The notes beneath the pieces are model-generated. The model was not told the DNA's origin. It saw nothing but the letters and a program-made list of their open reading frames with translations, and searched no databases. From assembly GCA_964016885.1 (NCBI GenBank), contig OZ024745.1, positions 120,280,001-120,344,000 on the forward strand: a DNA stretch of 64,000 nucleotides. Direction: 5' to 3'. Source of the DNA: Eledone cirrhosa (Eukaryota). A program made the position numbers and the translations under genes. Numbering within the stretch: position 1 is the first letter of the stretch; the number at the start of each line of letters is the position of its first letter. Positions 28,193 to 41,857 of this stretch are shown here, piece after piece.

Positions 28193-29125
28193 AACACCTC
28201 ATGTCAGTTAACTCGATAAGTTTATGTTATCCCGCTCATCAACAGTTACTTTTCCTTGATTCATCTGAGACAGTTTAGCAACTGATCAAAACCACTAGGC
28301 ATATCATTGTATATCCTTTACACAACCAAAGCTCACAATACCAAATCTTTCAGCATAAGCTAAAAGCACAGACTTACATAAAATCGTCCGCCTTTTCAAC
28401 TGAATATATTTTACTTGTTACTGTGACTCGTGCAAAATTAAAATCTCTAAAGCAAAATAAATCTTCGCGCATTGCACAGCTTGGAGGCCTTCCTGTTTCC
28501 GAAATTACAGTCATCCATTATCTTGCCAGAAGGATAACTACCAATTATGTGGAATCCTACTATTCATTTCTCTTTAACCGTCATACCTCCATAAGTAGTA
28601 TTTCAGCAGAAAGAAATTTCACGTCTGCCGTCTGATGGACATCCAACTTCACACTGCAAATATTCCATCTAAACTTTTCTTTACCATTTCACCAGCTCAG
28701 CATCTAGCCGAGCTGACTCGTGTGTCGGGTGGCCTGAATCTCTGAAAAAGCACAGATCAAAAAAACAAGAGCTGTTAAAAGGGTGGATGAACTCCTCAGA
28801 GTCAACACCCATCCACCACAACTATGTGTTAAATAACCTCACCAACCCGCAATTGATCAAACGTGGTGAGTACGGCTACACCCCTGATATGACCAAAACC
28901 AAACAGAAAGCGGTGGAGGTCAACGAGGAAAGGGTTCATCCAACAGGAGTGAGATGCTTTTCATTGGACTTCACTATTACTCATTTCCGATCCTTGGAAA
29001 TATAAAAGCCTCATAAATGTAGCAAACATTTCCAGTCAGATTGTAAAGAAATATAATTAACTAGAATTGTTTCCATGCGTTAACGCGTATGTGTGTATAT
29101 ATATATATATATAAATGTGTGTGTG

Positions 29126-29254
<129 letters not shown>

Positions 29255-29974
29255 ATATGCTTACATTTATAGGTAAGAATATAAATAATAATAATAATAA
29301 TATTTATACTTATATATGAATTATTATAAATATGGAGGGTAGTACGAAGCACTAGACAATTAGGTAAAAATATAGAAATAAAAGCGCGCAAACACAGACG
29401 CACTTACAAAAATACACATTCAGACACTCACACACACACACACACTTCTAACTCTCTTTCACACAGACACACACGGCATACTTCTACTGATGACCAATCC
29501 CCTTTGTTTTCCTTTTACACACACATACATCCACACAGACAACAGGTGTAAAGAGAGAGGAGTAGTATGAGGTAGTCAAACTACTCCTCTCTCTCTTTAC
29601 GTCTTGTGACAGAATCGCAGAAATTTATATATAGGTAGAAGCAAATGGTTGAGGTCAGTAATTCTTCTACTCTGTCGGTTCTCACAACGCAATAACTCTG
29701 TGATCATTTCCAAAATATTACGGATTTTTTCCTAAATTTAAACATTATTCAACGACAATTAGTTAATATAATAATCCAACGGAGATAATACTATTGCTTT
29801 TTGAGGGTTTTGTCTTTGCTTTTTGTTGTGTGGAGATCGTATATTTTTTTGTTCTGTTTTCTATTATATTTATTATATTTCTTTATGTTTTTACTCTACT
29901 AGCAAATTCGTTAGCATTCCATTAAGTTTTATCAAATAATCTTCACTGCGATTGTTATTAGGTATTAAAGAGAG

Positions 29975-30055
<81 letters not shown>

Positions 30056-30056
30056 T

Positions 30057-30130
<74 letters not shown>

Positions 30131-30131
30131 T

Positions 30132-30185
<54 letters not shown>

Positions 30186-30370
30186 GGGGAGGAGGAGGAG
30201 GAGGAGGGAATGATAAAGAAAAGGTGTTAAAACAGTGTTGATAGGAAAGAAGAAAATAATGATGATGACGATGAAGAAGAAGAAGAAGAAGAAGAAGAAG
30301 AAGAAGAAGAAGAAGAAGAAGAAGAAGAAGAAGAAGAAGAAGAAGAAGAAGAAGAAGAAGAAGAAGAAGA
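29975..30370. repeat. Compound (TAG)n/(CAG)n/(GGA)n/(GAA)n microsatellites
   Basis: Direct observation. Confidence 0.95.
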
Positions 30371-31065
30371 CATGCTGCACATTAAGTTGACTGATAGCAG
30401 CAGATATTACGCCGATCGCTGCTGCCTCCAAAGACAAAAATGGTGATAACCACTGCAGATACATTAACAGAGAGAAGAAGTAGAAGAGATTCGATCTAAC
30501 TTTACATAATTTCAATTTTGGTTTTGGTTGTTATACTTTGGGGAGAGTGTATGGACGTGTGTCAGAGAGAGAAGGGGAGAGGGGGAGAGAGAGAGAGAGA
30601 GAGAAAGGGTTGAAGTTTTATGCGCCATCTTCTTCATCTAATCTGCAACCCGGCAAAATATTCCTAAGTTTAGTTATTTAATTATTATTCATTTAAATTT
30701 CCATACTATATCATAGTATTCCATACCATGCCACCTCGTATGCAAATTTGTCTTTTTTAGGGGGGAGGGTGATGATTTCTAAGAATGGAAACTCAGAAGC
30801 TGTATTTTACATGATATTCTTAAGTTAATATAGTATATAGTAACTATATATATATATATATATATACAGGTAGAAGCTTAGTAAAATCGAAGCTTTGGCT
30901 GTGACCAAGCAAAACGACCTACAATTAGGAATGAGCAGCAAAGCACTCAATATGGTAGCCCCTTAGAGTAATAACATACGTTTAGACAGCCTTTCATATT
31001 GAAAATTGCGGCAGGTAGACCTAGCCACACAATACCAAAAGCAACGAAAAAACTAATCAGGTTAG

Positions 31066-31127
<62 letters not shown>

Positions 31128-31239
31128 TAATTTAATATATCTACTAACATAAGCGCACAGATGTACGCTAATGCCAGCAAATACACAGGTTATGTCATAG
31201 TACCTAGGTGGTTCAATGCAGGAGGATGCAGAACAATAA

Positions 31240-31813
31240 TATAAAAGACGTAAAATAAGAAAATTTTTAAAAAAAGTTTTTTAAAAAAATTTTAACTTAC
31301 TTACTTAAATTTTCACTCCAACTAATTAGTTTCTGCAATGGGATAAAGACAGTTACGTAATCTAACTGTCGAGAATTCATTGCGTCATCAGGGAGTCTAT
31401 TCTCAGCTAAGTCTCCAGGCAATGCGCGGACACTGGGGACTCATATAAAAATAATAATAATTCGGTAGATGGAACAGCTAGCGGGGACTGAATTCCATGC
31501 ACTGAAATCCTCGCTGCCCCTGGTCAAATGGCCGATTCTAAAGAATCAATCACGTGACACAGTTCAGTGCATGGAATTCAGTCCCCGCTTGCTGTTCCAT
31601 CTACCGAATTATTATTATTTTTATATGAGTCCCCAGTGTCCGCGCATTGCCTGGAGACTTAGCTGAGAATAGACTCCCTGATGACGCAATGAATTCTCGA
31701 CAGTTAGATTACGTAACTGTCTTTATCCCATTGCAGAAACTAATTAGTTGGAGTGAAAATTTAAGTAAGTTAAAAATTTTTTTAAAAACTTTTTTTAATT
31801 TTCTTATTTTACG

Positions 31814-31820
<7 letters not shown>
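31240..31820. repeat. Near-perfect inverted repeat (arms about 260 bp, 55-bp spacer), one HHR per arm
   Basis: Plus-strand HHR 31673-31754: actcc-CTGATGA-cgcaatg..gacagtta/taactgtc..cattgca-GAAA-ctaattag-TT-ggagt; mirror at 31315-31396 (-). Confidence 0.9.
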
Positions 31821-31876
<56 letters not shown>

Positions 31877-31985
31877 CAGTCGATCGACTTTTCGTCAAAT
31901 CGGACCGAGGAAACAGTGTTTCCGTTGGTCTTTCCAATTGTTAATAGTATGTATCCGTCGCAACTTCAGGTAGAAGATGAAGTAA

Positions 31986-32095
31986 ATGCTTACAGCACCT
32001 AGGTTTCCCAAGCGGTCACCCATCTAAGTACTAACTAGGCTCGACGTTGCTTAACTTCAGTGATCGGACGAGAACCGTTGTTTTCAGCGTGATAT
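31986..32095 (-). rRNA. 5S rRNA, solitary copy lacking about the first 10 nt (probable pseudogene)
   Basis: Reverse complement atatcacgctgaaaacaacggttctcgtccgatcactgaagttaagcaacgtcgagcctagttagtacttagatgggtgaccgcttgggaaacctaggtgctgtaagc is recognisably eukaryotic 5S (box A agttaagc, box C gatgggtgacc). Confidence 0.9.
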
Positions 32096-32542
32096 ATATA
32101 TATATATATTGTTATGTTTGGGGAAGATCATCTTGTTATAATATTGCCAGAAGTATATAGTAAAACACACTCACTGTTTGGTTTGGGTTGGTTTTCGCTT
32201 CAGTATATTTTAGATTTCTATAATTAATTCAGCTGGCAATCAATGTTTATCATTGATTAACCAACAGTTAAAACTATAGATATAAATATAGTCTCTCAGA
32301 GTTCTTTCGTTACAAACCTGTGACATCATTAGATGTATATTTATATATATATATGTGTGTGGGGGGGGGGGGGGGGGCTTATGTGTATATATGTTTGTGC
32401 GTATGTGTGCATTATTAATTACTAATAGAAAGTGTATTTTGAGTTCACACCTATTTCAACTTCTTATCATGTGACTATGCAAATGCAAGACAGCTTGAAG
32501 AACCTATTATTTGCGAAACTCTGAAGTAAACATTAATAAGTA

Positions 32543-32903
32543 CTAGCTGACGTACCCAGCTTCGCCCGGGTAAACAGATGATAAGAGAAGACAGGTAAAA
32601 GAGAAAATGACTGTATTGAATGTTTGCTGGTTACAGTATGAAGGGAGTCCGCGGTGTCTGTGTGATGCAGAAAACAGTAAAAAAAAAACATTTCCAGATA
32701 TACCAGATTCTTCGTTGTACCGTTTGTGCAAAGTATATGAAGAATTCTATGTGCTCCCACCTAGAATAGTGACCTCTATGAGATGGTTCATCTTCTGCCT
32801 GACTGTAAACCGTGTATCATTGCATAGACGTGGTTGTTCCACGTTTCTCAAAAGGATGATGGAAGTTCCAATCTTTTATATTATATGTAGATATAGATAT
32901 AGA
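32543..32903 (-). mobile_element. Non-autonomous Helitron carrying a Pif1 helicase fragment
   Basis: Minus strand: TC 5' end, 3' hairpin cccgggcgaagctggg then CTAG|T; internal EQPRLCNDTRFTV. Confidence 0.75.
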
Positions 32904-32906
32904 TAA

Positions 32907-33597
32907 TTAATATAAAAGATGATGCTCAGCCAATTCGTCTTCAACCATCGCAGCACGCCGTCGCTGCTTGGCTCCAGTGTTTCGTTGGCGTTGTTCAGCC
33001 AGCTCCTCTTCATTCCTGGCTGCACGTCGCCGCTGTAGTTCACTGCTTGATAAAGTCGAATTGCTTTTATTATCAGTATTCATTTCGAGCAATTGTCAAA
33101 AAATGACACAATAATAAATATAAAAGATGTCTGTCAATGTAAAATAATGTTCCTATTTACTACCTTCACAACTCTGTATATGTTAGACTGACAGACAGGC
33201 ACACAGACAGATAAACTGATGGCGATTGTGGAATGCCCCACGTACACACACATACACGCATGGAAACACGCACACGCACACAAACTTACACACGCACCCG
33301 TGCACTTACACTTACACACTCACACATGTTGATAGTTTTTACTTTCTGTGGAACGCTGCACGCACACACACATAAACATACGCGCACGTACATACACACG
33401 CACACATGGTAATAGTTACAGCGTTCACTTTGCCTCTCTGTTTCTTACTCTCCCCTCTCACTCCCTCATTGGCATTATGCGTATTAATTTAAGTTTGGCG
33501 TCGTTGAGGTGGGCGGAGTCGTTTGAAACCTATGAACCAATGATAATCGAGAATTATGACACACGGGATACTGACGTTGTTGAAATTAATATATAGA
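32907..33597 (-). mobile_element. Helitron 5' portion with RepHel N-terminal-like Arg/Glu repeats
   Basis: Minus strand starts atctatatattaa; peptide QRRRAARNEEELAEQRQRNTGAKQRRRAA. Confidence 0.45.
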
Positions 33598-33738
33598 TTA
33601 TTTTGACTCTACGAACAAATAGTATTGAGAACATATTCAACATATGCTTAGTGTGGAAGGACGTGCACGTGCCTATAATAGTCATCATCATCATCACCAC
33701 TGCTGGACGTCTATTTATTTTTACATACCTAATATATA

Positions 33739-33787
<49 letters not shown>

Positions 33788-33791
<4 letters not shown>

Positions 33792-36700
33792 CGGTTGAGC
33801 ACTCTATTGACTTATATTCATCATGCAGAAACAACATCTGAATATTTCTACAAAGAACATACCCGTACCAAGCAGGAAAACATGCCTAAAACTCCTGATA
33901 CAGAAAACAGACGCGTTGGCGTGCCTTTTATTTCGATAATCAGGAAAAGGCAGACAACAAACAGGATAAATTTGGGTTTAAAACCTATAATAACCCTCCG
34001 AGTAACCCAACATTGCTACCCTTCGAAAATGATGTCTTGGAACTCATACGGAGTATCAAATTTCGGAATAGGAGCAATTCCTTCCAGCAGAACCTGAAGA
34101 ATAGAATTCGTTCTATTAAGGATTCTAACGCCGTGCACGTCCATTCCGACAAAACTGGCAATCTATATCAAGTGGAGCGCAGTTCTTACCATCAACTGCT
34201 ACATAATGATGTAACTAAGGATTACCGTAAAACTAATCGCAGCGTCATTAATGAAATCAACGATGCTGGGTTTAATATCACCTCTGATCTCAACATCCTG
34301 GACCGGACTGAACCTCTGGACCCTATTTCTCGCCACTTTACCCTGAAGGATCACAAATCCAATTTTCCGAAAAAAAACCTCTATTCGGCTTATTAACCCT
34401 ACGAAGTCTGATTTAGGTAGACTTAGTAAAAGGATTCTTGATAGAATTATACCTGAAATTAGTAGTTTGGCCCCTCTTGCACTGTGGAACAATTCTTTCG
34501 CGGTGATTGATTGGTTCAACGGCATATGTAACAAGGAACATTGCCGTTTTATCCAATTCGATATCAATAATTACTACTCCTCCATCACTTTACCACTTCT
34601 CCTTAGAGCTATCAATTTCGCTAAAACATTCACAGTGGTTAAGGATTTCGAAGTTGATATCATCCTCAATGCCCGTAAGTCGGTGATTTATTTCGACGAC
34701 TCTATTTGGATTAAAAAATCTAATAGTACCCCATTCGACGTGAGAATCGGCGCCAACGATTCTGCGGAGGTTACTGATCTTATCGGCCTTTTCCTTCTTT
34801 TCTCTATCAAGGAAGAATTCATTACCCAACGTGGGAGGTGGTTTGTACCGCGATGATGGGCTTTTGACCATGACTAAGTGCGGCCCACGTGCTTGCGACA
34901 GGTTCAGAAAAGAACTTACAGCCTTCTTTAAAGGCTTTAACCTCTCCATACAGGTTGAGACCAACCTCTCGGTCGTTAATTATCTCGACGTTACCCTCAA
35001 TTTATCGAATGGCTTGCATTACCCGTATAGAAAGCCGAATGATACGCTTAATTACATAAGTAAGCATTCTAACCATCCTGCCAGCATAACCAAGACCCTG
35101 GTAAGAAACGTTTCTTTGCGGCTTTCCCGTCTATCTACTAACAAGCATAATTTCAACGACCATTCCACATATTACAATGAAGCTCTTGCTCGGAGTGGAT
35201 TTGTCGATAAGGTAGCATATACAGAGTACGAGAATAGACCTAGAAGAAATAGATCCCGACGCATTATATGGTATAACCCACCATATAATATGGAGGTGGC
35301 CACACCATTAGTTAAGATCTTTCTCTCCCTTATTATGAAACATTTTCCCCCTACACATAAATATAGTAACATTTTTCATAGAAATACTATTAAAATTTCT
35401 TACTCTACGACTCCTAACCTTGCACATAACATCACAGCTTCAATTTAGCTAAACTACCTAGCCGTAGGAACACGTGCAACCCTGTAGTTAGTACTAACTG
35501 TAATTGTAGGAATCGGGTTGACTGCCCCCTATCCGGGAAATGCCTCTCTAGTAACATTGTCTACAAATGTAAGGTTGTAACACCCACATCCCGTAGGGCC
35601 TACATAGGGTTAACCGCCAATAGATTCAAGCAGCGTCTTTACATGCATACCCATTCTTTTCGTTACCCTTTAAGAAGGAATATGAGGTCACTTTCAGCTT
35701 ATATCTGGAGTCTAAAAGACAACCACACGCAATATAAGTTACACTGGGAGATCGTAGCTAAGGCTAGATCGTATAACGGAAATAAAAGACCATGTGACCT
35801 CTGAGCCGCTGAGGCCCTAGAAATACTCTACGCCAAAGACCACATCTTAAACAAAAAATCTGAGGCAATTTCGGCTTGTAAACATAAATTGCACAAAACT
35901 TTCCTGTATTACATCCCCACATTATACCCTAACAAATAGTACGAACTATACGCGGATATTTTACGTCTTGATGTGGTAGCTAAGTATATGTTATGTTTAT
36001 ACTATTACTTATTTGTATAGGTAAGTATATATTACCTGTATGTTTTGTGAAGGTACGTATACTTTCTCGTACGTATATTTGATTGTATATGTTATGGCGT
36101 ATATATTATATATTCTGGTACATATGCTTTTGGTTATGTGTATACGTGAGTTTTGCGTCTGTGTGAGTATGCGAGTTCGTACGTATGTAGGGTGTGTGTA
36201 TATGTGTACTTTGTGTTTTGGTCGACCTACGTCTCCGAACATATGTGTATTTACATGTAGGTATGTGTGTGCGCTTGTTATATACGTATTTATTTATATA
36301 CGTTTATTTAATAATATGTATACACGCACACACACACACATATATATATTTTTTTTTAATATATTTTTATGTGTATTTGGTGTATACATTCGTATGCGTG
36401 CGGGTACAGGCGTTGCGTGGGTTCTGTATGTGCGTGCGGGGTTTTTTTGTGTACGTGCGTGTATTTGTATATCTATGGTGAGTGTTTTCGCGTATGGTTG
36501 TGTATGTACGTTTATGGATGCGTGTACGTATATATTTAATTTCAATTACCTCTGTATTCTATTTACTTTATTCTTAACTCTGAAGCAGAGAATCATTCGG
36601 TTTCCTAGTTAGAATTCTAGTCTACGACTTCAGTTATACCATTTACGTGGTTTTGTATTTGCGTGCATTTGTTCTCCCCGCTCCACATATGACGTATTTT

Positions 36701-37033
36701 CTTTGACTTTTGCGTTCATTGCCAGAGAACGTCTCTATGAACCACCTAATAGAATATTAGTCTACGACTCCTTTTATACCATAAACGTGGTTTTGTCTTT
36801 GCGTGTAATTTTTTTTCACCGCTCCAAATAATGACGTAATATATTCGTTTTTTTTTCGTTCTTTGCCAGGGAACGTTTCCACAAACCAAAGTATCGTCTT
36901 CCTGTCTTCCTCCGGTTGCAACGTTTTTTTAAATATTCACTTCTGCGTTCACAGATTGACTTTGTTAGCTTCAGAAGTTCCCGTTAAGGGTGAAACCAGC
37001 GATTCCTTGCTTAAACTTTAATCTGTTATTTTA

Positions 37034-37040
<7 letters not shown>
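33788..37040 (+). mobile_element. Penelope-like retroelement (RT plus C-terminal GIY-YIG; Hydra-clade-like), near complete, frameshifted
   Basis: Consecutive ORF pieces 34013-34396, 34467-34856 (QFDINNYYSSI) and 34831-35448 (GLYRDDGL, NYLDVTL, YRKP, SNHP), then CNC..CPLSGKC-IVYK..YIG..FKQR endonuclease ending at 35939; about 1.1-kb 3' UTR ending in an HHR-like motif; (TA)n on both flanks. Confidence 0.9.
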
Positions 37041-37087
<47 letters not shown>

Positions 37088-37902
37088 ATATATCTATATA
37101 TACATATATTTATATATGCATATTCATATAATCTGACATGTGGCTCGAATGATAATTTCTGCGTCATCGAATCACAGATCAGAATATATTCGGGTGGTTT
37201 TCTGCTAGCATGTGTAGTGTGCATATTGATATTATATGTAAATCTATATGCATGTAGATATGATACGTCAAATAAAATCGTAATTGACAATATACACAGA
37301 AATTGAAGAGAGACTGTGTTACACTCTTTTCTGTAATCAGTAAAGTAAGTAATCCATGATACAATTAAAAAAGACGATATTATATATAAACTGCATTACG
37401 GCAAAATTTTAAGAAAACGAAAAAGCAGAAAATTAGAGACGGAAATATAAACTTTATATAACGATGTAAATATGTGAACGTTTATATAAGAGATGGGATA
37501 TAGCGTCCATTATATCATAACCGGAAGTATTAACATTAGAAAATTTAAAAAGAAGTGAATCTTGAAATAAGCAATGAAATTATTCATATTTAATCAAGAG
37601 TTACGAAATTTAGTACATAAATTATGTAATATTCATTCATTATTTATTCAAATTAATTCAACTTATTTTACTACCGAGATAAAAGAATATATTCAAGACA
37701 CAGTCCCGCACTCCTCTCTTTATTATATTATGATTTTGCTCTGCACCATCACATTCATGCAGCATATCCAATATACTTGCATGAAGACGGATTTTTAACC
37801 AAATTCACGAAATATACCACTGATAGGCAGATGTCTTATTTGCGGAGTGGGGATGTACATTGAACTCGAAATATTATCGGCCAAACTCTATATTACCTTG
37901 AG

Positions 37903-38368
<466 letters not shown>

Positions 38369-38510
38369 AGAAGCGTAAGACAACAGATTAAAATTAAATT
38401 ACACTTCTTGTTTTTAAATTACTCCGGAGTAAAGAGACCCACCTGGACACGTTGAGTTCTCCACCCTGTATACTTCAGAAGTGACGGTCACTAACCAACA
38501 CATACTCGAA

Positions 38511-38546
<36 letters not shown>

Positions 38547-38867
38547 TTAATATATATATATAGCTGAAGACGGCGTATATATGTGTTGGTATGTATATTT
38601 AATCTTGATAGTTTGTATAATTTTGTATAATTTTGTACATAGATCTGTTGAATATGCATGCCAACTCTAACACATATATATCCTAGAAACGATCGTTAAA
38701 TAATGAACTTTTTTTGTTTAATATAAGGAATTGTTTATTCATTATTTGTTTAATATTTTATATATATATATATATATATAGGAAAATGTATGACCCCCAC
38801 GGCAGAGCCTTTGCCGTTTCGACGGCTATTTCTGGACTCTTACCACAACTTCTTCGTTATATATATA

Positions 38868-39290
38868 TATTAATAAAAGTAATTCCAACTGTCTCTGAAT
38901 TACTCGTTTCTTTACAGTCCTTTAAAAAATTATAATGATATTATAATGAAATAGTATGGTAGAATATTAAATGTTAAATGTTAATTGAACAAGTACTTTC
39001 ATGCTTTCGCAATCTTCAGATTAATACTCAGTGGTGACAGTCAAGTTGGCAATTTTCAAATTGCCAACTTGACTGTCACCACTGAGTATGAACCTGAAGA
39101 TTTCGAAAGCATGAAAGTACTTGTTCAATTAACATTTAACATTTAATATTCTACCATACTATTTCATTATAATATCATTATAATTTTAAAGGACTGTAAA
39201 GAAACGAGTAATTCAGAGACAGTTGGAATTCCTTTTATTAATATAATCTTCTATACACAATCATACACACCCGTGTATATTTATTTATAT
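38868..39290. repeat. Palindrome (arms about 185 bp) made of a PLE 3' terminus with HHR
   Basis: Plus-strand HHR 39089-39127: tgaac-CTGAAGA-tttc gaaa gcat-GAAA-gtac-TT-gttca. The same module occurs at 40295-40520 (+) and 43530-43755 (-). Confidence 0.9.
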
Positions 39291-39293
39291 ATC

Positions 39294-39382
<89 letters not shown>

Positions 39383-39659
39383 GGTGGTGGCTGCCAACTC
39401 GTTTTCGAGTACGGCCACTACTTTATATCCATGTAGGATAACTCCTACCGATGCGCTGAACGAGTGTGACTTTTTAGTCCAGCCAGCGACTTGAAAACTC
39501 TGGTACAAACACTACACTTGTGACAATTATTGTCACATAGTGCTGGGCCCATGGTACCATAACTTTTTGAAAGTTAATGTTTGGCCTAACATTAGTATTA
39601 CGTCTAAGAGGAAATTTAGACAGGATATCAATGTATTGGTCGAGATAGATATTTCTTCC

Positions 39660-40522
39660 TTTACTGCATTAAATGCCCGAATTGTGAAGAACTATATGTC
39701 AGTCAAACTGGAAATGCACTATCGGAACGTGCACGGGTGCAGCGACAACAAATCAGAAATGCAAATGTCCGTCAGATACCCCTGAGTAACCATCTGGCAA
39801 CATGTGGTCAGAGAATATTTATAATATTTCCATTCTACAATCTACACAGCCCAAGTGAAATCAAGAGAAAAATTAAAGAAAAGAATTTTATTGATAAATT
39901 CCAACCCAAGCTAAATGAACAATAATAATGCTTAGGGTATTAGACCTACTATGATTACGCCTACGACCATGTCGGCTACCACCACTAACAACAACAACAA
40001 TAATAAAAATAAAAGTGATGTTGATGTTGATGATTACTGAAGACCTTTTTTAAAAACCCTAGAAAATGCTATTTTCATCATTTCTAAAAATAGCAAAACA
40101 ATTGATGCTCTGGATAGGGTCAAATAGAAGTCGTTAGACTTGCTCAACCAACCGTGACGCCTAAACCAATCAGTTTTAGTAATCTAGTGAAACCACACAC
40201 CGATTGGTCGAAATACAGTTTGCAAAACCTAGCATTCTGTAGCCCCTTTTTACTGTATATAAGGCACAGATTTTAGCCATCTCATTACAGTTGAAAATTG
40301 CAAATTGACTGTCACCACTGAATATGAACCTGAAGATTGCGAAAGCATGAAAGTACTTGTTCAATTAACATTTCACATTTAATATTCTACGATACTATTT
40401 CATTATAATATCATTATAATTTTAAAGGATTGTAAATAAAACGAGTAAATCAGACAAAGTTGGAATTCCTTTTATTAATGTAATCTTCTATACACAATCA
40501 TACACAACCGTGTATATTTATT

Positions 40523-40525
<3 letters not shown>
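39660..40525 (+). mobile_element. 5'-truncated Penelope-like element: GIY-YIG end, 3' UTR and HHR
   Basis: CIKCPNCEELYVSQTGNALSERARVQRQQIR...PLSNHLATCG...FPFY...KEKNFIDKFQPKLN* (stop 39925); HHR at 40325-40363 (tgaac-CTGAAGA-ttgc gaaa gcat-GAAA-gtac-TT-gttca); ends in (TA)n. Confidence 0.8.
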
Positions 40526-40593
<68 letters not shown>

Positions 40594-40744
40594 ACATATA
40601 TATATATATATACACATATATACATATACACATGTATACATATACACATATAAATATACACACTCACACACACATATATATATATACTATATGCTTGGCA
40701 TTTGCTCTAGGGTTCTTATATATTTGATATATATTTATCCTTCT

Positions 40745-40817
40745 CGAGCCTCGTGAAGTAATTACGTTTGTTTATATTTTGTTATTGTGTATGCAAAAAT
40801 ATCTGTACACGAATATA

Positions 40818-40867
<50 letters not shown>

Positions 40868-41327
40868 TAACAGATTAAAGTTTAAGCAAAGAATCGCTAC
40901 TTTCACTCTTAACGGGATCTTCTGAAACTAAAATAATAAATCTGTGAACGCAGAAGTAAATTTTGCGAAAAACGTTACACACTATATAATACGCACATAC
41001 ACTATATATACATATATACACACACACACACACACCGCGTCATAATGACGTAATGCAGACAGCCAGGCATACAGACAGATATTATAAAGGCACAACGTAA
41101 TATCTATGTATCTATATAAAAAGAGAAAGACTAAGAGAGAAAGAAAGAGATCACTAAATCGCCTAATGCGAACCCTAGGGCATTGAAAATGTGAATTTGT
41201 TTTTGCTCAGAACACCCAATAGGACCATAAGTATTACATGTGTAAAGTTTGAAAACAATCGGTTGGGTGGTTCTCGAGTTTTAGTGATTGTACAGACAGA
41301 CAGGTAAACAGGCATTCTCTGTTTAAG

Positions 41328-41330
<3 letters not shown>
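40745..41330 (-). mobile_element. Helitron-like element containing a PLE 3' terminus and (TA)n
   Basis: 5' part homologous to the 15049 Helitron; internal part homologous, inverted, to 63480-63915. Confidence 0.6.
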
Positions 41331-41385
<55 letters not shown>

Positions 41386-41563
41386 ATCTCAACTCTACTT
41401 TTGAAAAGCAAAACTGCGAAACCGGTAAAGGAACCAAATAAATATATATATATTTTTTTAAATAAGACTCCAGTTGCATTTCCGATTTCATCTTTTTTCT
41501 TTATACATTCACTCGTGTAGGACACCTCGGTTATTTTTCATTTTGTAAAAACACCTACTTTCT

Positions 41564-41659
<96 letters not shown>

Positions 41660-41717
41660 TTGATTTAAAACTGAACTATCCACAAGCGTTTTTTAACCTT
41701 CATATCATGTCTTCCTG

Positions 41718-41784
41718 TTTTATCTGATGAAAACACAAATATTATTGCATGGTGATATTTGTTTTTGAAATGCGCATAATAAAA
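41718..41784 (+). ncRNA. Hammerhead ribozyme (12.4-kb family)
   Basis: ttttat-CTGATGA-aaacacaaatatta..tgatatttgttttt-GAAA-tgcgca-TA-ataaaa. Confidence 0.8.
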
Positions 41785-41814
41785 TACATGGAACTCTTTT
41801 AACCATCTTTTGTT

Positions 41815-41854
<40 letters not shown>

Positions 41855-41857
<3 letters not shown>

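Noticed and set aside
28200-29040. Possible LINE ORF1 or host exon remnant
   Set aside because: Only a vague peptide hint with many stops; not supportable without a search.
29958-30515. 185-aa hydrophobic ORF resembling a membrane protein exon
   Set aside because: Mostly poly-F and poly-L from trinucleotide repeats; no recognisable domain or splice evidence.
35802-35804. In-frame TGA at a Cys position of the PLE endonuclease (possible selenocysteine, as reported for some Naiad PLEs)
   Set aside because: The sister copy at about 62490 (-) has TGC, and this copy has several other inactivating lesions, so it is most simply a nonsense mutation.
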